Origin: Mobula hypostoma
Taxonomy: Eukaryota
Length of the DNA stretch: 64,000 bases
Direction: 5' to 3'
Assembly (NCBI RefSeq): GCF_963921235.1
Contig: NC_086104.1
Coordinates: 134,230,001 to 134,294,000 of the forward strand
Positions within the stretch are counted from its first letter, which is position 1, and each line of letters starts with the position of its first letter. Both the position numbers and the translations under genes were made by a program. This document shows positions 59,557 to 64,000 of the stretch, in pieces. Under the pieces are notes generated by a model that made no database searches, was not told the DNA's origin, and saw only the letters and a list, made by a program, of their open reading frames with translations.

Positions 59557-60659
59557 TCAGGACAAGACAGGGCCTTGCCTTGCTACTGATACCACGTAGC
59601 CCAGTACTACCTGTCTCGGGTCGGGTTGTCGGCGACTCAACCGGCACACCCCCTGGTCCACTTCGGTTAACCAGGAAGGAGGGTGTGTAGGCACCCAGCA
59701 GGACTAAAAACAAAACCTGCCAAAGAGCGGATGAACTCTTTGTGATTCAACTGCCACCTGCTGTCTGTGTGAGGAGTTGCGCGCCACACAGTCTTTCGTT
59801 TCGCGCCTTGTAAGGCATTATAACAACCTAGTCCGGTGAAAATGATGAAGTTTTAAGCTTATTCGGATAAAAGAAATGATTATTTGTACTCTTATAAATA
59901 ATGGGTTAAAATTAAGTGCGAACTTATGTGTGCTGTTCTGGATAGTGTTTTTTTCCCCTTCACTGTGGAATCTGGTTTAGCCTGTTTAGATTAACGTCTC
60001 ACAGATATCTCTTGAGAACGATATGGGGGTTAGGTTCACATATGTCGCACACACAATGCCTTACGGTTTCGCACCACTGATCTAAGTTCCTTTGTTTGTT
60101 TAGGGAAAACGGTAGAACTCACTGATAAGGACAAAGAATGGACATTTGTTTGTAATTTAAATTTTGCTTTCGTGGTCTCTCTTATCTAAGTAATTAAGTT
60201 TTGCTCTAACTGAGTTTGCGGGAATATCTGTTGATATTCTGAACTTTATTTCGTTAGTTCTATAAATTGTAACGTTTCTGCATGTTAGACAAGGTTAGTC
60301 ACGAGCCGCCAGAGGGAGAGGAAATATGTCTCTCTGATGCTTGGCTCCGAACTTCTCGCCGGCTGAGCTTGAACAAAAAAACTGATGAAAAGGATAAAAT
60401 AAAGAACTGTTTGTGATGAGGTTATTGAATTTAAGTTTATAATAGTGAGCGACTAGTGGAAGACTACATTCAAGACACCATCACCACACTGTGAGTAGCT
60501 AGTCATGCGCTCCACCTCGCGAATAAGCCAGCAGTTTTCGAGACATTTGAAAATATGTGCTCCGGTTTCCTCTCCAAATGTACACCTTCATCTGCTTGGA
60601 TGATAACCTGATGTTCTTGAAGTCCTTCGAAGAGTACGTCACTTACGTCAAAGATACCA

Positions 60660-63300
60660 TAAAGGAAACATAAGACCATAAGAGATAGAACAGCAGTACG
60701 CCGTCTGGCACGACGAGCTTGCCCCATCTTCAATAAAAATCTTGGCTCATCTGGCCATGGATTAAGCTCCACTTACCTGTATTTTCTCCATAACCGTTAA
60801 TTCCCCTACTATGTGAAAAATATACAAACCTTGTCATAAACATATTAACTGATGTAGCTTCCACTGCTTCATTGTGCAGAGATTCTCCACTCTCTGGGGT
60901 TGAAAAAAAGTCAGTTCCTCCTGATCTACGTTCTATCAACCCCCGCACCTCCCCCAAGAATCTCGAGTGTATGTCCTCAGTTCCTGTGCCACTTGACAGT
61001 GGAAACAAATTGCTTGTCTCTATCTCATCTATACATTTCATAATTTTATATGTATCAATAAGACCTCCACTCATTCTTCTGAATTCTAGCGAGCACCGTC
61101 ACAGGTGACTCCATCTCTCCTCACTGTATAATCCTGTCTCTCTAGAATCAACCTGAGGTACCTCCTCTGCACCACCTCCAAAGCTAATATATCGTTCCGT
61201 CAGTAAGGAGACTAGAAATGCACGCAGTACTCCAGTTACTGCCAGACCAGTACCCTGTATAGTTGCAGCATAATCCTGCTCTTAAATTCAATCCCTCTAG
61301 CAATGGAAGCCAACATTCCATTTGCCTTCTTTATAACCTGCTAGATATGCAAACTAACATTTTATGATTCATACACTAGCATTCCCAATTTCCTCTGCAT
61401 AGCAGCATGCTGCTTTTTTTTTGCTATTTAAAAAATAATCGGCTCTTTCATGCTCTTAAAAGGGGATGAACTCGTATTTGCCTACATTGTAATTAATATG
61501 ACAGACATCAGTCCACTCGCTTAAGCTTTCTATAGCTTCATGCAGATGCTCTGTATTTCCTGCACATTTTTTTTCCACTCAATCTGCTGCCAACAGCTAT
61601 CTTAGTCTCGGTCCCCTCTTCGAGATCGTTATTGTATATCGACAACAGTCGCGGTCCATCACCGACCCCTTCAGCACACCGCTCACCACTGATTGCCAAC
61701 CATAGTCACATCCATGTATCCCGACTCGCTGTTTTCTATTGATTAAACGATCCTTTATCGACGCTAACACATCACGTATTCCCCCAACTCTATTCCTCCT
61801 TATATAATGGAGAAAGCTTTCATGTGGCAATTTATTGAGCGCCTTCTGGAAAGCCAAGTAAGTATCATCCATCTGTTCCCCTCTATCCACTACGCTCGTC
61901 ATATCCTCAAAGAACTCCAGTACGTTTGTCAAACAAGAACTGCCTTTGCTGAAGCCATGCTCCCACTGCCTGATGGATCTATTTCTTTCCATCTGTTTTG
62001 CTATTCCTACTTTCATAATAGTTCCAGGCATTTTCCCAACTGCACATAGGAAGACAACTGGCCTACAGTTACTCCACTTCTGCTGACATTCTATTTTGAC
62101 CAGTGGCGTTACATTGAACTGCTTTTTATCAGCCGGAATCTGCCCACAGTCTAGAGAATGTTGGAACACCATCAGCAAAAACTTCTGGCAATTATTTCAG
62201 TACCGTGGGATGCATTCCATCAGGAGAAGGGGAAATACCTATCTTCAGACCAAAAGTTTGCTCAGAACTAACTCTTCAGTGATATTTATTGTACCGACGT
62301 CGCCACTACCCTTCGCATCCACAGCATCTCTCATTGGCATGTTCGACGTGCCATACACTAGAAATACAGAGATTACCACATTTTTGGGTCTGCTTTTAAA
62401 TTTAATGCCCAGCTGCTCAAATTCCCTCTGCAGAACCTCTTTCCTCGTTCTACCTATGTCATATAGACAACAGTATCCAAAACTTACCCCTCCAATACAA
62501 ATGCCACTGCAGGTCAGATAAAATGTCCCGATACTGGGCACAAGGCAGGTAAAACAGCCTTCGGATTGCTAAATCCTCGCGACAGCTATCTCTGTCAATC
62601 ACAAGAACTAAGGTTCCTCCTGGCCTGTCTCTTCAATCCAACTAACCGGCTCACTCACATCTTGTCGCAGACTACAGACCAAATTTGAAGCAGTTATTAT
62701 AATTTGATGTGACTACCTCCTGAAAGAGAGCGTCCAGATAATTCTCCCCACCCCACTTGATGTACATTAGTGTTCGTAGCTCAGATTCAAACTCTTCAAA
62801 TTTGAGCCTGATTTCCTTGAGCAGCCAAATCTTGCTGAATATGTGGGCACTAGGAGCCGCAATGGGGTGCAGCACTCCCAGATCATCCAGCTACTGCACA
62901 TCCCCTGATGCTGCATCATTCCTACTTTATGTAATTAGCTGTAATTTAGTGACTTTTTCTTCAACCATTACAAAAGCCTTACCCGACAGTCTCTTGTGTC
63001 AGCTTGCCGGAACCTCTTGAACCAAAGCCTCGGGTTCCACTCCTACACTGGCGCTCTCACACAATGGTCACTCCGGTTTGATCCGGCTTTATTTTTATTT
63101 GTTGCTGTTAATGAATCACAAATCGATTGGTCGTTTACAAATGTGCAGAACCCAGTGAAACACCCTTTTTTTAAGCTCTTCTCCCCCGACCTGTGCAAAG
63201 CTGTTTCTCTTTCTGTGAGTAATTTGGTCTTCCGCTGATGCGCCAACCCCGCGAAACGATCTATTTCTTTCAATTCTGCTTCCCGATCTATGCAAAAAGC
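60660..63300 (-). mobile_element. Degraded CR1 LINE with internal deletion (ORF1 joined to RT)
   Basis: Tail at ~60670 (cataagaccataag); RT ORF 61597..62178; ORF1 remnants in ORFs 62245 and 62672. Confidence 0.85.
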
Positions 63301-63829
63301 TCTCTCTCTCTCTCTCTCTGTCTCTCTGCAAATCGATTAGTCTACCGCTAAACAGGCTTGTATATCCTTGACGTTTTATGAAGCTGGAGATATCCGCATG
63401 GCATATTCCTAGCACTTGATTTTTTGTTATTTTATCATTTCCAACGGCGATATGAAAATGGACTCCATTAAGGCACAGAGAGTCACAGAATGGCTACAGT
63501 CACCCAATAGGATACAAGTCCAGGGGATCCTGGGAATTGCCGACAGTTAACCAGACTTCATCAGGAACTTCAGCTTAATGGGCACTCCGTTAACAGCCCT
63601 AAATAAACGATCTACGGGCTCTCTTGTTTGGACTACCTAAACTGAGACTGATTTTGTAGAGATCAAATAACGGTTACGGAGCGCTCCAATTTTGGATTCA
63701 CCTATCTCGGGTCTTTCCTTCATAACGGACACTTTCGGGCAATATTACCTTTAACACAGTCCCACAAACTCGCGTTTATCTCATATCCCTCTAAACATTT
63801 CTAATCGAAGTATCTGTCATAGAGTTATA

Positions 63830-64000
63830 GAGAAATAGAAAACCGCACGCACAGACACAGGTCTTTGGACCATCTGGTCGTTCCGAAGCAATAAAGCCAC
63901 CATCTCCCATCAAGTTGCTTCCAGACCATAGTCCAATATACCACTATCATCAATATATCTATCCAAGTTTTCTTAAGCATTAAAATCGAGCTTGCCTGCA
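63830..64000 (-). mobile_element. CR1 3' end running off the window
   Basis: atagaaaaccgcacgcacagacacaggtctttggaccatc resembles the 3' end at 55667. Confidence 0.6.

Larger units (their letters stand above)
58830..63710 (+). mobile_element. Ancient sushi/chromovirus-like Gypsy pol relic in four pieces (~58830-59130, ~59760-59836, ~60440-60658, ~63355-63710)
   Basis: Collinear decayed motifs HRTYDCAIDL, IDYG...RYPVP, NNLVR, WKTTFKTPSPHCE*LVM, PAVF, FICLDDNLMF..SFEEY, KMDSIK...VTEW, FIRNFS...PLTAL, SAPIL. Confidence 0.8.

Overview
This is vertebrate nuclear DNA, not prokaryotic. The repeat landscape (dense CR1 LINEs, Penelope-type terminal repeats, Rex1, L1-clade) suggests a cartilaginous fish such as a ray or shark; that assignment is inference. 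Most entries in the ORF track are spurious or transposon fragments. The one host gene is on the + strand and begins upstream of the window. It is a multi-exon group-B SRCR type-I membrane receptor of the CD163/WC1/SCART-like kind. I assembled ten GT-AG exons, all phase 1-1 (2025 nt): four SRCR domains, a Cys-containing linker, a fifth SRCR, a stalk, a TM helix with an embedded Glu, and two cytoplasmic exons with a YQAI-YDEI tyrosine motif. The terminal exon is uncertain; poly(A) signals lie near 30.7 kb. The rest is transposon-derived: many CR1 copies (two young and nearly identical), a near full-length L1-clade LINE, two related solo LTRs with 5-bp TSDs, a Tc1 element, Rex1 and RTE 3' ends, a Gmr1-like Gypsy with PR-IN-RT order and SCAN-like gag, a shredded sushi-like Gypsy pol, and several Penelope fragments. 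The Penelope fragments carry minimal hammerhead ribozyme motifs, one nearly intact at 25307-25342 (minus strand), and one forms a ~70-bp-arm hairpin with a 13-bp TSD. The 43-59 kb region is a four-level nested insertion stack. All calls were made by eye; no database searches were run, and repeat boundaries without TSDs are approximate.
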